A stretch of 64,000 nt of DNA, from the NCBI GenBank assembly GCA_964016885.1, contig OZ024745.1, positions 92,008,001-92,072,000 on the forward strand, read 5' to 3'. The notes under the pieces were generated by a model that was not told the DNA's origin, did not search any database, and saw only the letters and a program-made list of their open reading frames with translations. Position numbers and translations under genes: made by a program. Origin of the DNA: Eledone cirrhosa (taxonomy: Eukaryota). Shown piece after piece: positions 41,801-55,600 of the stretch (its first letter is position 1; every line of letters starts with the position of its first letter).

Positions 41801-44800
41801 AAACAGCTCCACTAGATACAGTAAGTTATATTACTCTGCCTGAGTATCAAACAGCTCCACTAGATACAGTAAGTTATATTACTCTGTCTGAGTATCAAAC
41901 AGCTCCACTAGATACAGTAAGTTATATTACTCTGTCTGAGTATCAAACAGCTCCACTAGATAGAGTAAGTTATATTACTCTGTCTGAGTATCAAACAGCT
42001 CCACTAGATACAGTGTTATATTACTCTGTCTGAGTATCAAACAGCTCCACTAGATACAGTGTTATATTACTCTGTCTGAGTATCAAACAGCTCCACTAGA
42101 TACAGTAAGTTATATTACTCTGTCTGCGTATCAAACAGCTCCACTAGATACAGTAAGTTATATTACTCTGTCTGAGTATCAAACAGCTCCACTAGATACA
42201 GTAAGTTATATTACTCTGTCTGATTATCAAACAGCTCCACTAGATAAAGTAAGTTATATTACTCTGCCTGAGTATCAAACAGCTCCACTAGATACAGTAA
42301 CTTATATTACTCTGTCTGAGTATCAAACAGCTCCACTAGATACAGTAAGTTATATTACTCTGCCTGAGTATCAAACAGCTCCACTATATACAGTAAGTTA
42401 TATTACTCTGCCTGAGTATCAAATAGCTCCACTAGATACAGTAAGTTATATTCCTCTGTCTGAGTATCAAACAGCTCCCCTAGATACAGTAAGTTATATT
42501 CCTCTGCCTGAGTATCAAACAGCTCCCCTAGATACAGTAAGTAATATTACTCTGCCTGAGTATCAAACAGCTCCCCTAGATACAGTAAGTTATATTACTC
42601 TGTCTGAGTATCAAACAGCTCCCCCAGATACAGTAAGTTATATTACTCTGCCTGAGTATCAAAAAGCTCCACTAGATACAGTAAGTTATATTACTCTGCC
42701 TGAGTATCAAACAGCTCCACTAGATACAGTAAGTTATATTACTCTGTCTGAGTATCAAACAGCTCCCCTAGATACAGTAAGTTATATTACTCTGTCTGAG
42801 TATCAAACAGCTCCACTAGATACTGTAAGTTATATTACTCTGTCTGCGTATCAAACAGCTCCACTATATACAGTAAGTTATATTACTCTGTCTGAGTATC
42901 AAACAGCTCCACTAGATACAGTAAGTTATATTACTCTGCCTGAGTATCAAACAGCTCCACTAGATAAACTAAGTTATATTACTCTGCCTGAGTATCAAAC
43001 AGCTCCACTAGATACAGTAAGTTATATTACTCTGTCTGAGTATCAAACAGCTCCACTAGATACAGTAAGTTATATTACTCTGCCTGAGTATCAAACAGCT
43101 CCACTTGATACAGTAAGTTATATTACTCTGTCTGATTATCAAACAGCTCCCCCAGATACAGTAAGTTATTTTACTCTGCCTGAGTATCAAACAGCTCCAC
43201 TAGATACAGTAAGTTATATTATTCTGTCTGAGTATCAAACAGCTCCACTAGATACAGTAAGTTATATTACTCTGTCTGAGTATCAAACAGCTCCACTAAA
43301 TACAGTAAGTTATATTACTCTGTCTGCGTATCAAACAGCTCCACTAGATACAGTAAGTTATATTACTCTGTCTGAGTATCAAACAGCTCCACTAGATAAA
43401 GTAAGTTATATTACTCTGCCTGAGTATTAAACAGCTCCACTAGATACTGTAAGTTATATTACTCTGTCTGCGTATCAAACAGCTCCACTAGATACAGTAA
43501 GTTATATTACTCTGTCTGAGTATCAAACCGCTCCACTAGATACAGTAAGTTATATTACTCTGCCTGAGTATCAAACAGCTCCACTAGATACAGTAAGTTA
43601 TATTACTCTGTCTGATTATCAAACAGCTCCACTAGATACAGTAAGTTATATTACTCTGCCTGAGTATCAAACAGCTCCCCCAGATACAGTAAGTTATATT
43701 ACTCTGCCTGAGTATCAAACAGCTCCACTAGATACAGTAAGTTATATTATTCTGTCTGATTATCAAACAGCTCCACTAGATACAGTAAGTTATATTACTC
43801 TGTCTGAGTATCAAACAGCTCCACTAGATACAGTAAGTTATATTACTCTGCCTCAGTATCAAACAGCTCCACTAGATACAGTAAGTTATATTACTCTGCC
43901 TGAATATCAAACAGCTCCGCTAGAGACAGTAAGTTATATTACTCTGTCTGAGTATCAAACAGCTCCACTAGATACAGTAAGTTATATTACTCTGTCTGAG
44001 TATCAAACAGCTCCACTAGATACTGTAAGTTATATTACTCTGTCTGCATATCAAACAGCTCCACTATATACAGTAAGTTATATTCCTCTGTCTGAGTATC
44101 AAACAGCTCCACTAGATACAGTAAGTTATATTACTCTGCCTGAGTATCAAACAGCTCCACTAGATAAATTAAGTTATATTACTCTGCCTGAGTATCAAAC
44201 AGCTCCACTAGATACAGTAAGTTATATTACTCTGTCTGAGTATCAAACAGCTCCACTAGATACAGTAAGTTATATTACTCTGCCTGAGTATCAAACAGCT
44301 CCACTTGATACAGTAAGTTATATTACTCTGTCTGATTATCAAACAGCTCCACTAGATACAGTAAGTTATATTACTCTGTCTGAGTATCAAACAGCTCCAC
44401 TAGATACAGTAAGTTATATTACTCTGCCTGAGTATCAAACAGCTCCACTAGATACAGTAAGTTATATTACTCTGTCTGAGTATCAAACACCTCCACTAAA
44501 TACAGTAAGTTATATTACTCTGTCTGCGTATCAAACAGCTCCACTAGATACAGTAAGTTATATTACTCTGTCTGAGTATCAAACAGCTCGACTAGATAGA
44601 GTAAGTTATATTACTCTGTCTGAGTATCAAACAGCTCCACTAGATACAGTGTTATATTACTCTGTCTGAGTATCGAACAGCTCCACTAGATACAGTGTTA
44701 TATTACTCTGTCTGAGTATCAAACAGCTCCACTAGATACAGTAAGTTATATTACTCTGTCTGCGTATCAAACAGCTCCACTAGATACAGTAAGTTATATT

Positions 44801-46390
44801 ACTCTGTCTGAGTATCAAACAGCTCCACTAGATACAGTAAGTTATATTACTCTGTCTGATTATCAAACAGCTCCACTAGATAAAGTAAGTTATATTACTC
44901 TGCCTGAGTATCAAACAGCTCCACTAGATACAGTAACTTATATTACTCTGTCTGAGTATCAAACAGCTCCACTAGATACAGTAAGTTATATTACTCCGTC
45001 TGAGTATCAAACAGCTCCACTAGATACAGTAAGTTATATTACTCTGCCTGAGTATCAAACAGCTCCACTATATACAGTAAGTTATATTACTCTGCCTGAG
45101 TATCAAATAGCTCCACTAGATACAGTAAGTTATATTCCTCTGTCTGAGTATCAAACAGCTCCCCTAGATACAGTAAGTTATATTCCTCTGCCTGAGTATC
45201 AAACAGCTCCCCTAGATACAGTAAGTAATATTACTCTGCCTGAGTATCAAACAGCTCCCCTAGATACAGTAAGTTATATTACTCTGTCTGAGTATCAAAC
45301 AGCTCCACTAGATACAGTAAGTTATATTACTCTGCCTGAGTATCAAACAGCTCCACTAGATACAGTAAGTTATATTACTCTGTCTGAGTATCAAACAGCT
45401 CCACTAGATACAGTAAGTTATATTACTCTGCATGAGTATCAAATAGCTCCACTAGATACAGTAAGTTATATTACTCTGTCTGAGTATCAAACAGCTCCAC
45501 TAGATACAGTAACTTATATTACTCTGTCTGAGTATCAAACAGCTCCACTAGATACAGTAAGTTATATTACTCTGCCTGAGTATCAAACAGCTCCACTAGA
45601 TACAGTAAGTTATATTACTCTGTCTGAGTATCAAACAGCTCCACTAGATACAGTAAGTCATATTACTCTGTCTGAGTATCAAACAGCTCCACTAGATACT
45701 GTAAGTTATATTACTCTGTCTGCGTATCAAACAGCTCCACTATATACAGTAAGTTATATTACTCTGTCTGAGTATCAAACAGCTCCACTAGATACAGTAA
45801 GTTATATTACTCTGCCTAAGTATCAAACAGCTCCACTAGATAAACTAAGTTATATTACTCTGCCTGAGTATCAAACAGCTCCACTAGATACAGTAAGTTA
45901 TATTACTCTGTCTGAGTATCAAACAGCTCCACTAGATACAGTAAGTTATATTACTCTGCCTGAGTATCAAACAGCTCCACTTGATACAGTAAGTTATATT
46001 ACTCTGTCTGATTATTAAACAGCTCCCCCAGATACAGTAAGTTATTTTACTCTGCCTGAGTATCAAACAGCTCCACTAGATACAGTAAGTTATATTATTC
46101 TGTCTGAGTATCAAACAGCTCCACTAGATACAGTAAGTTATATTACTCTGTCTGAGTATCAAACAGCTCCACTAAATACAGTAAGTTATATTACTCTGTC
46201 TGCGTATCAAACAGCTCCACTAGATACAGTAAGTTATATTACTCTGTCTGAGTATCAAACAGCTCCACTAGATAAAGTAAGTTATATTACTCTGCCTGAG
46301 TATTAAACAGCTCCACTGGATACTGTAAGTTATATTACTCTGTCTGCGTATCAAACAGCTCCACTAGATACAGTAAGTTATATTACTCTG
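37100..46390. repeat. Higher-order tandem duplication, 96-98 monomer period (4600-4696 bp)
   Basis: Offset 4600: TAA 38828/43428, AAATTA 39569/44169, deletion 40050/44650, CGA 40075/44675, CATGAG 40831/45431, AGTCA 41059/45659, TAA 41416/46016 and 41704/46304. The offset is 4696 at 37318/42014 and 4648 at 37895/42543. Confidence 0.88.
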
Positions 46391-48869
46391 TCTGAGTATC
46401 AAACCGCTCCACTAGATACAGTAAGTTATATTACTCTGCCTGAGTATCAAACAGCTCCACTAGATACAGTAAGTTATATTACTCTGTCTGATTATCAAAC
46501 AGCTCCACTAGATACAGTAAGTTATATTACTCTGCCTGAGTATCAAACAGCTCCCCCAGATACAGTAAGTTATATTACTCTGTCTGAGTATCAAACAGCT
46601 CCACTAGATACAGTAAGTTATATTATTCTGTCTGAGTATCAAACAGCTCCACTAGATACAGTAAGTTATATTACTCTGTCTGAGTATCAAACAGCTCCAC
46701 TAGATACAGTAAGTTATATTACTCTGCCTCAGTATCAAACAGCTCCACTAGATACAGTAAGTTATATTACTCAGCCTGAGTATCAAACAGCTCCACTAGA
46801 TACAGTAAGTTATATTACTCTGTCTGAGTATCAAACAGCTCCACTATATACAGTAGGTTATATTACTCTGCCTGAGTATCAAACAGCTCCCCTAGATACA
46901 GTAGGTTATATTACTCTGTCTGAGTATCAAACAGCTCCACTAGATACAGTAAGTTATATTACTCTGCCTGAGTATCAAACAGCTCCACTAGATACAGTAA
47001 GTTATATTACTCTGCCTGAGTATCAAACAGCTCCACTAGATACAGTAAGTTATATTACTCTGCCTGAGTATCAAGCAGCTCCACTAGATACAGTAAGTTA
47101 TATTACTCTGTCTGAGTATCAAACAGCTCCACTAGATACAGTAAGTTTTATTACTCTGCCTGAGTATCAAACAGCTCCACTAGATACAGTAAGTTATATT
47201 ACTCTGCCTGAATATCAAACAGCTCCACTAGAGACAGTAAGTTATATTACTCTGTCTGAGTATCAAACAGCTCCACTAGATACAGTAAGTTATATTACTC
47301 TGTCTGAGTATCAAACAGCTCCACTAGATACTGTAAGTTATATTACTCTGTCTGCATATCAAACAGCTCCACTATATACAGTAAGTTATATTCCTCTGTC
47401 TGAGTATCAAACAGCTCCACTAGATACAGTAAGTTATATTACTCTGCCTGAGTATCAAACAGCTCCACTAGATAAACTAAGTTATATTACTCTGCCTGAG
47501 TATCAAACAGCTCCACTAGATACAGTAAGTTATATTACTCTGCCTGAGTATCAAACAGCTCCACTTGATACAGTAAGTTATATTACTCTGTCTGATTATC
47601 AAACAGCTCCACTAGATACAGTAAGTTATATTACTCTGTCTGAGTATCAAACAGCTCCACTAGATACAGTAAGTTATATTACTCTGCCTGAGTATCAAAC
47701 AGCTCCACTAGATACAGTAAGTTATATTACTCTGTCTGAGTATCAAACACCTCCACTAAATACAGTAAGTTATATTACTCTGTCTGCGTATCAAACAGCT
47801 CCACTAGATACAGTAAGTTATATTACTCTGTCTGAGTATCAAACAGCTCCACTAGATAAAGTAAGTTATATTACTCTGCCTGAGTATCAAACAGCTCCAC
47901 TAGATACTGTAAGTTATATTACTCTGTCTGCGTATCAAACAGTTCCACTAGATACAGTAAGTTATATTACTCTGTCTGAGTATCAAACCGCTCCACTAGA
48001 TACAGTAAGTTATATTACTGTGCCTGAGTATCAAACAGCTCCACTAGATAAAGTAAGTTATATTACTCTGCCTGAGTATCAAACAGCTCCACTAGATAAA
48101 GTAAGTTATATTACTCTGCCTGAGTATCAAACAGCTCCACTAGATACAGTAAGTTATATTACTCTGCCTGAGAATCAAACAGCTCCACTAGATACAGTAA
48201 GTTATATTACTCTGTCTGATTATCAAACAGCTCCACTAGATACAGTAAGTTATATTACTCTGCCTGAGTATCAAACAGTTCCCCAGATACAGTAAGTTGT
48301 ATTACTCTGCCTGAGTATCAAACAGCTCCACTAGATACAGTAAGTTATGTTATTCTGTCTGAGTATCAAACAGCTCCACTAGATACAGTAAGTTATATTA
48401 CTCTGTCTGAGTATCAAACAGCTCCACTAGATACAGTAGGTTATATTACTCTGCCTGAGTATCAAACAGCTCCCCTAGATACAGTAGGTTATATTACTCT
48501 GTCTGAGTATCAAACAGCTCCACTAGATACAGTAATTATATTACTCTGTCTGAGTATCAAACATCTCCACTAGATACAGTAAGTTATATTACTCTGCCTG
48601 AGTTTCAAACAGCTCCACTAGATACAGTAAGTTATATTACTCTGCCTGAGTATCAAGCAGCTCCACTAGATACAGTAAGTTATATTACTCTGTCTGAGTA
48701 TCAAACAGCTCCACTAGATACAGTAAGTTTTATTACTCTGCCTGAGTATCAAACAGCTCCACTAGATACAGTAAGTTATATTACTCTGCCTGAGTATCAA
48801 ACAGCTCCACTAGATACAGTAAGTTATATTACTCTGCCTGAGTATCAAACAGCTCCACTAGATACAGTA

Positions 48870-50600
48870 AGTTATATTACTCTGCCTGAGTATCAAGCAG
48901 CTCCACTAGATACAGTAAGTTATATTACTCTGTCTGAGTATCAAACAGCTCCACTAGATACAGTAAGTTTTATTACTCTGCCTGAGTATCAAACAGCTCC
49001 ACTAGATACAGTAAGTTATATTACTCTGCCTGAATATCAAACAGCTCCACTAGAGACAGTAAGTTATATTACTCTGTCTGAGTATCAAACAGCTCCACTA
49101 GATACAGTAAGTTATATTACTCTGTCTGAGTATCAAACAGCTCCACTAGATACTGTAAGTTATATTACTCTGTCTGCATATCAAACAGCTCCACTATATA
49201 CAGTAAGTTATATTCCTCTGTCTGAGTATCAAACAGCTCCACTAGATACAGTAAGTTATATTACTCTGCCTGAGTATCAAACAGCTCCACTAGATAAACT
49301 AAGTTATATTACTCTGCCTGAGTATCAAACAGCTCCACTAGATACAGTAAGTTATATTACTCTGTCTGAGTATCAAACAGCTCCACTAGATACAGTAAGT
49401 TATATTACTCTGCCTGAGTATCAAACAGCTCCACTTGATACAGTAAGTTATATTACTCTGTCTGATTATCAAACAGTTCCACTAGATACAGTAAGTTATA
49501 TTACTCTGTCTGAGTATCAAACAGCTCCACTAGATACAGTAAGTTATATTACTCTGTCTGAGTATCAAACAGCTCCACTAGATACAGTAAGTTATATTAC
49601 TCTGCCTGAGTATCAAACAGCTCCACTAGATAAACTAAGTTATATTACTCTGCCTGAGTATCAAACAGCTCCACTAGATACAGTAAGTTATATTACTCTG
49701 TCTGAGTATCAAACAGCTCCACTAGATACAGTAAGTTATATTACTCTGCCTGAGTATCAAGCAGCTCCACTAGATACAGTAAGTTATATTACTCTGTCTG
49801 AGTATCAAACAGCTCCACTAGATACAGTAAGTTTTATTACTCTGCCTGAGTATCAAACAGCTCCACTAGATACAGTAAGTTATATTACTCTGCCTGAATA
49901 TCAAACAGCTCCACTAGAGACAGTAAGTTATATTACTCTGTCTGAGTATCAAACAGCTCCACTAGATACAGTAAGTTATATTACTCTGTCTGAGTATCAA
50001 ACAGCTCCACTAGATACTGTAAGTTATATTACTCTGTCTGCATATCAAACAGCTCCACTATATACAGTAAGTTATATTCCTCTGTCTGAGTATCAAACAG
50101 CTCCACTAGATACAGTAAGTTATATTACTCTGCCTGAGTATCAAACAGCTCCACTAGATAAACTAAGTTATATTACTCTGCCTGAGTATCAAACAGCTCC
50201 ACTAGATACAGTAAGTTATATTACTCTGTCTGAGTATCAAACAGCTCCACTAGATACAGTAAGTTATATTACTCTGCCTGAGTATCAAACAGCTCCACTT
50301 GATACAGTAAGTTATATTACTCTGTCTGATTATCAAACAGTTCCACTAGATACAGTAAGTTATATTACTCTGTCTGAGTATCAAACAGCTCCACTAGATA
50401 CAGTAAGTTATATTACTCTGTCTGAGTATCAAACAGCTCCACTAGATACAGTAAGTTATATTACTCTGCCTGAGTATCAAACAGCTCCACTAGATAAACT
50501 AAGTTATATTACTCTGCCTGAGTATCAAACAGCTCCACTAGATACAGTAAGTTATATTACTCTGTCTGAGTATCAAACAGCTCCACTAGATACAGTAAGT
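48870..50600. repeat. Higher-order tandem duplication, 18-monomer period (864 bp)
   Basis: GCT>GTT 49477/50341 and GCA 49178/50042, with the same order of flanking variants. Confidence 0.8.
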
Positions 50601-52630
50601 TATATTACTCTGCCTGAGTATCAAACAGCTCCACTTGATACAGTAAGTTATATTACTCTGTCTGATTATCAAACAGCTCCACTAGATACAGTAAGTTATA
50701 TTACTCTGTCTGAGTATCAAACAGCTCCACTAGATACAGTAAGTTATATTACTCTGCCTGAGTATCAAACAGCTCCACTAGATACAGTAAGTTATATTAC
50801 TCTGTCTGAGTATCAAACACCTCCACTAAATACAGTAAGTTATATTACTCTGTCTGCGTATCAAACAGCTCCACTAGATACAGTAAGTTATATTACTCTG
50901 TCTGAGTATCAAACAGCTCCACTAGATAAAGTAAGTTATATTACTCTGCCTGAGTATCAAACAGCTCCACTAGATACTGTAAGTTATATTACTCTGTCTG
51001 CGTATCAAACAGCTCCACTAGATACAGTAAGTTATATTACTCTGTCTGAGTATCAAACCGCTCCACTAGATACAGTAAGTTATATTACTGTGCCTGAGTA
51101 TCAAACAGCTCCACTAGATAAAGTAAGTTATATTACTCTGTCTAAGTATCAAACAGCTCCCCTAGATACAGTAAGTTATATTCCTCTGCCTGAGTATCAA
51201 ACAGCTCCCCTAGATACAGTAAATTATATTACTCTGTCTGAGTATCAAACAGCTCCACTAGATACAGTAAGTTATATTACTCTGTCTGAGTATCAGACAG
51301 CTCCACTAGATACAGTAAGTTATATTACTCTGTCTGAGTATCAAACAGCTCCACTAGATACAGTAAGTTATATTACTCTGCCAGAGTATCAAACAGCTCC
51401 ACTAGATACAGTAAGTTATATTACTCTGTCTGAGTATCAAACAGCTCCACTAGATACAGTGTTATATTACTCTGTCTGAGTATCAAACAGCTCCACTAGA
51501 TACAGTAAGTTATATTACTCTGTCTGCGTATCAAACAGCTCCACTAGATACAGTAAGTTATATTACTCTGTCTGAGTATCAAACAGCTCCACTAGATACA
51601 GTAAGTTATATTACTCTGCCTGAGTATCAAACAGCTCCACTAGATAAAATAAGTTATATTACTCTCCCTGAGTATCAAACAGCTCCACTAGATACAGTAA
51701 GTTATATTACTCTGTCTGAGTATCAAACAGCTCCACTAGATACAGTAAGTTATATTACTCTGTCTGAGTATCAAACAGCTCCACTAGATACAGTAAGTTA
51801 TATTACTCTGCCTGAGTATCAAACAGCTCCACTAGATACAGTAAGTTATATTACTCTGTCTGAGTATCAAATAGCTCCAGTAGATACAGTAAGTTATATT
51901 ACTCTGCCTGAGTATCAAACAGCTCCACTAGATACAGTAAGTTATATTACTCTGCCTGAGTATCAAACAGCTCCACTAGATACAGTAAGTTATATTACTC
52001 TGTCTGAGTATCAAACAGCTCCACTAGATACAGTAAGTTATATTACTCTGTCTAAGTATCAGACAGCTCCCCTAGATACAGTAAGTTATATTCCTCTGCC
52101 TGAGTATCAAACAGCTCCCCTAGATACAGTAAATTATATTACTCTGTCTGAGTATCAAACAGCTCCACTAGATACAGTAAGTTAAATTACTCTGCCTGAG
52201 TATCAAACAGCTCCACTAGATACAGTAAGTTATATTACTCTGCCTGAGTATCAAATAGCTCCACTAGATATAGTAAATTATATTACTCTGTCTGAGTATC
52301 AGACAGCTCCACTAGATACAGTAAGTTATATTACTCTGTCTAAGTATCAAACAGCTCCCCTAGATACAGTAAGTTATATTCCTCTGCCTGAGTATCAAAC
52401 AGCTCCCCTAGATACAGTAAATTATATTACTCTGTCTGAGTATCAAACAGCTCCACTAGATACAGTAAGTTATATTACTCTGTCTGAGTATCAGACAGCT
52501 CCACTAGATACAGTAAGTTATATTACTCTGTCTGAGTATCAAACAGCTCCACTAGATACAGTAAGTTATATTACTCTGCCTGAGTATCAAACAGCTCCAC
52601 TAGATACAGTAAGTTATATTACTCTGTCTG
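50600..52630. repeat. Block duplicated at about 58510-60540 (offset 7910) and partly at about 63190-64000 (offset 12320)
   Basis: Identical 129-aa ORFs at 51090, 59000 and 63410. CCAGAG at 51383/59293/63703, 2-bp deletion at 51460/59370/63780, TAA at 52183/60093. Confidence 0.88.
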
Positions 52631-52689
52631 AGTATCAAACAGCTCCACTAGATACAGTGTTATATTACTCTGTCTGAGTATCAAACAGC

Positions 52690-55600
52690 TCCACTAGATA
52701 CAGTAAGTTATATTACTCTGTCTGCGTATCAAACAGCTCCACTAGATACAGTAAGTTATATTACTCTGCCTGAGTATCAAACAGCTCCCCTAGATACAGT
52801 TAGTTATATTACTCTGCCTGAGTATCAAGCAGCTCCAATACATACAGTAAGTTATATTACTCTGCCTGAGTATCAAACAGCTCCACTACATACAGTAAGT
52901 TATATTACTCTGCCTGAGTATCAAACGGCTCCACTAGATACAGTAAGTTATATTACTCTGCCTGAGTATCAAACAGCTCCACTAGATACAGTAAGTTATA
53001 TTACTCTGCCTGAGTATCAAACAGCTCCACTAGATAAAGTAAGTTATATTACTCCGTCTGAGTATCAAACAGCTCCACTAGATACAGTAAGTTATATTAC
53101 TCTGCCTGAGTATCAAACAGCTCCACTATATACAGTAAGTTATATTACTCTGCCTGAGTAACAAACAGCTCCACTAGATACAGTAAGTTATATTACTCTG
53201 CCTGAGTATCAAACAGCTCCACTAGATACAGTAAGTTATATTACTCTGTCTGAGTATCAAACAGCTCCACTAGATACAGTAAGTTATATTACTCTGTCTG
53301 AGTATCAGACAGCTCCACTAGATACGGTAAGTTATATTACTCTGTCTGAGTATCAAACAGCTCCACTAGATACAGTAAGTTATATTACTCTGTCTGAGTA
53401 TCAAACAGCTCCACTAGATACAGTAAGTTATATTACTCTGTCTGAGTATCAAACAGCTCCACTAGATACAGTAAGTTATATTTCTCTGCCTGAGTATCAA
53501 ACAGCTCCACTAGATAAAGTAAGTTATATTACTCTGCCTGAGTATCAAACAGCTCCACTAGATACAGTAAGTTATATTACTCTGCCTGAGTATCAAACAG
53601 CTCCACTATATACAGTAAGTTATATTACTCTGCCTGAGTATCAAATAGCTCCACTAGATACAGTAAATTATATTACTCTGTCTGAGTATCAGACAGCTCC
53701 ACTAGATACAGTAAGTTATATTACTCTGTCTGAGTATCAAACAGCTCCACTAGATACAGTAAGTTATATTACTCTGCCTGAGTATCAAACAGCTCCACTA
53801 GATACAGTAAGTTATATTACTCTGTCTGAGTATCAAACAGCTCCACTAGATAAACTAAGTTATATTACTCTGCCTGAGTATCAAACAGCTCCACTAGATA
53901 CAGTAAGTTATATTACTCTGTCTGAGTATCAAACAGCTCCACTAGATACAGTGTTATATTACTCTGTCTGAGTATCAAACAGCTCCACTAGATACAGTAA
54001 GTTATATTACTCTGTCTGCGTATCAAACAGCTCCACTAGATACAGTAAGTTATATTACTCTGTCTGAGTATCAAACAGCTCCACTAGATACAGTAAGTTA
54101 TATTACTCTGCCTGAGTATCAAACAGCTCCACTAGATACTGTAAGTTATATTACTCTGTCTGCATATCAAACAGCTCCACTATATACAGTAAGTTATATT
54201 ACTCTGTCTGAGTATCAAACAGCTCCACTAGATACTGTAAGTTATATTACTCTGTCTGCATATCAAACAGCTCCACTATATACAGTAAGTTATATTCCTC
54301 TGCCTGAGTATCAAACAGCTCCACTAGATACAGTAAGTTATATTACTCTGTCTGAGTATCAAACAGCTCCACTAGATAAACTAAGTTATATTACTCTGCC
54401 TGAGTATCAAACAGCTCCACTAGATACAGTAAGTTATATTACTCTGTCTGAGTATCAAACAGCTCCACTAGATACAGTAAGTTATATTACTCTGCCTGAG
54501 TATCAAACAGCTCCACTTGATACAGTAAGTTATATTACTCTGTCTGATTATCAAACAGTTCCACTAGATACAGTAAGTTATATTACTCTGTCTGAGTATC
54601 AAACAGCTCCACTAGATACAGTAAGTTATATTACTCTGTCTGAGTATCAAACAGCTCCACTAGATACAGTAAGTTATATTACTCTGCCTGAGTATCAAAC
54701 AGCTCCACTAGATAAACTAAGTTATATTACTCTGCCTGAGTATCAAACAGCTCCACTAGATACAGTAAGTTATATTACTCTGTCTGAGTATCAAACAGCT
54801 CCACTAGATACAGTAAGTTATATTACTCTGCCTGAGTATCAAACAGCTCCACTAGATAAACTAAGTTATATTACTCTGCCTGAGTATCAAACAGCTCCAC
54901 TAGATACAGTAAGTTATATTACTCTGTCTGAGTATCAAACAGCTCCACTAGATACAGTAAGTTATATTACTCTGCCTGAGTATCAAACAGCTCCACTTGA
55001 TACAGTAAGTTATATTACTCTGTCTGATTATCAAACAGCTCCACTAGATACAGTAAGTTATATTACTCTGTCTGAGTATCAAACAGCTCCACTAGATACA
55101 GTAAGTTATATTACTCTGCCTGAGTATCAAACAGCTCCACTAGATACAGTAAGTTATATTACTCTGTCTGAGTATCAAACACCTCCACTAAATACAGTAA
55201 GTTATATTACTCTGTCTGAGTATCAAACAGCTCCACTAGATACAGTAAGTTATATTACTCTGTCTGCGTATCAAACAGCTCCACTAGATACAGTAAGTTA
55301 TATTACTCTGCCTGAGTATCAAACAGCTCCCCTAGATACAGTTAGTTATATTACTCTGCCTGAGTATCAAGCAGCTCCAATACATACAGTAAGTTATATT
55401 ACTCTGCCTGAGTATCAAACAGCTCCACTACATACAGTAAGTTATATTACTCTGCCTGAGTATCAAACGGCTCCACTAGATACAGTAAGTTATATTACTC
55501 TGCCTGAGTATCAAACAGCTCCACTAGATACAGTAAGTTATATTACTCTGCCTGAGTATCAAACAGCTCCACTAGATAAAGTAAGTTATATTACTCCGTC

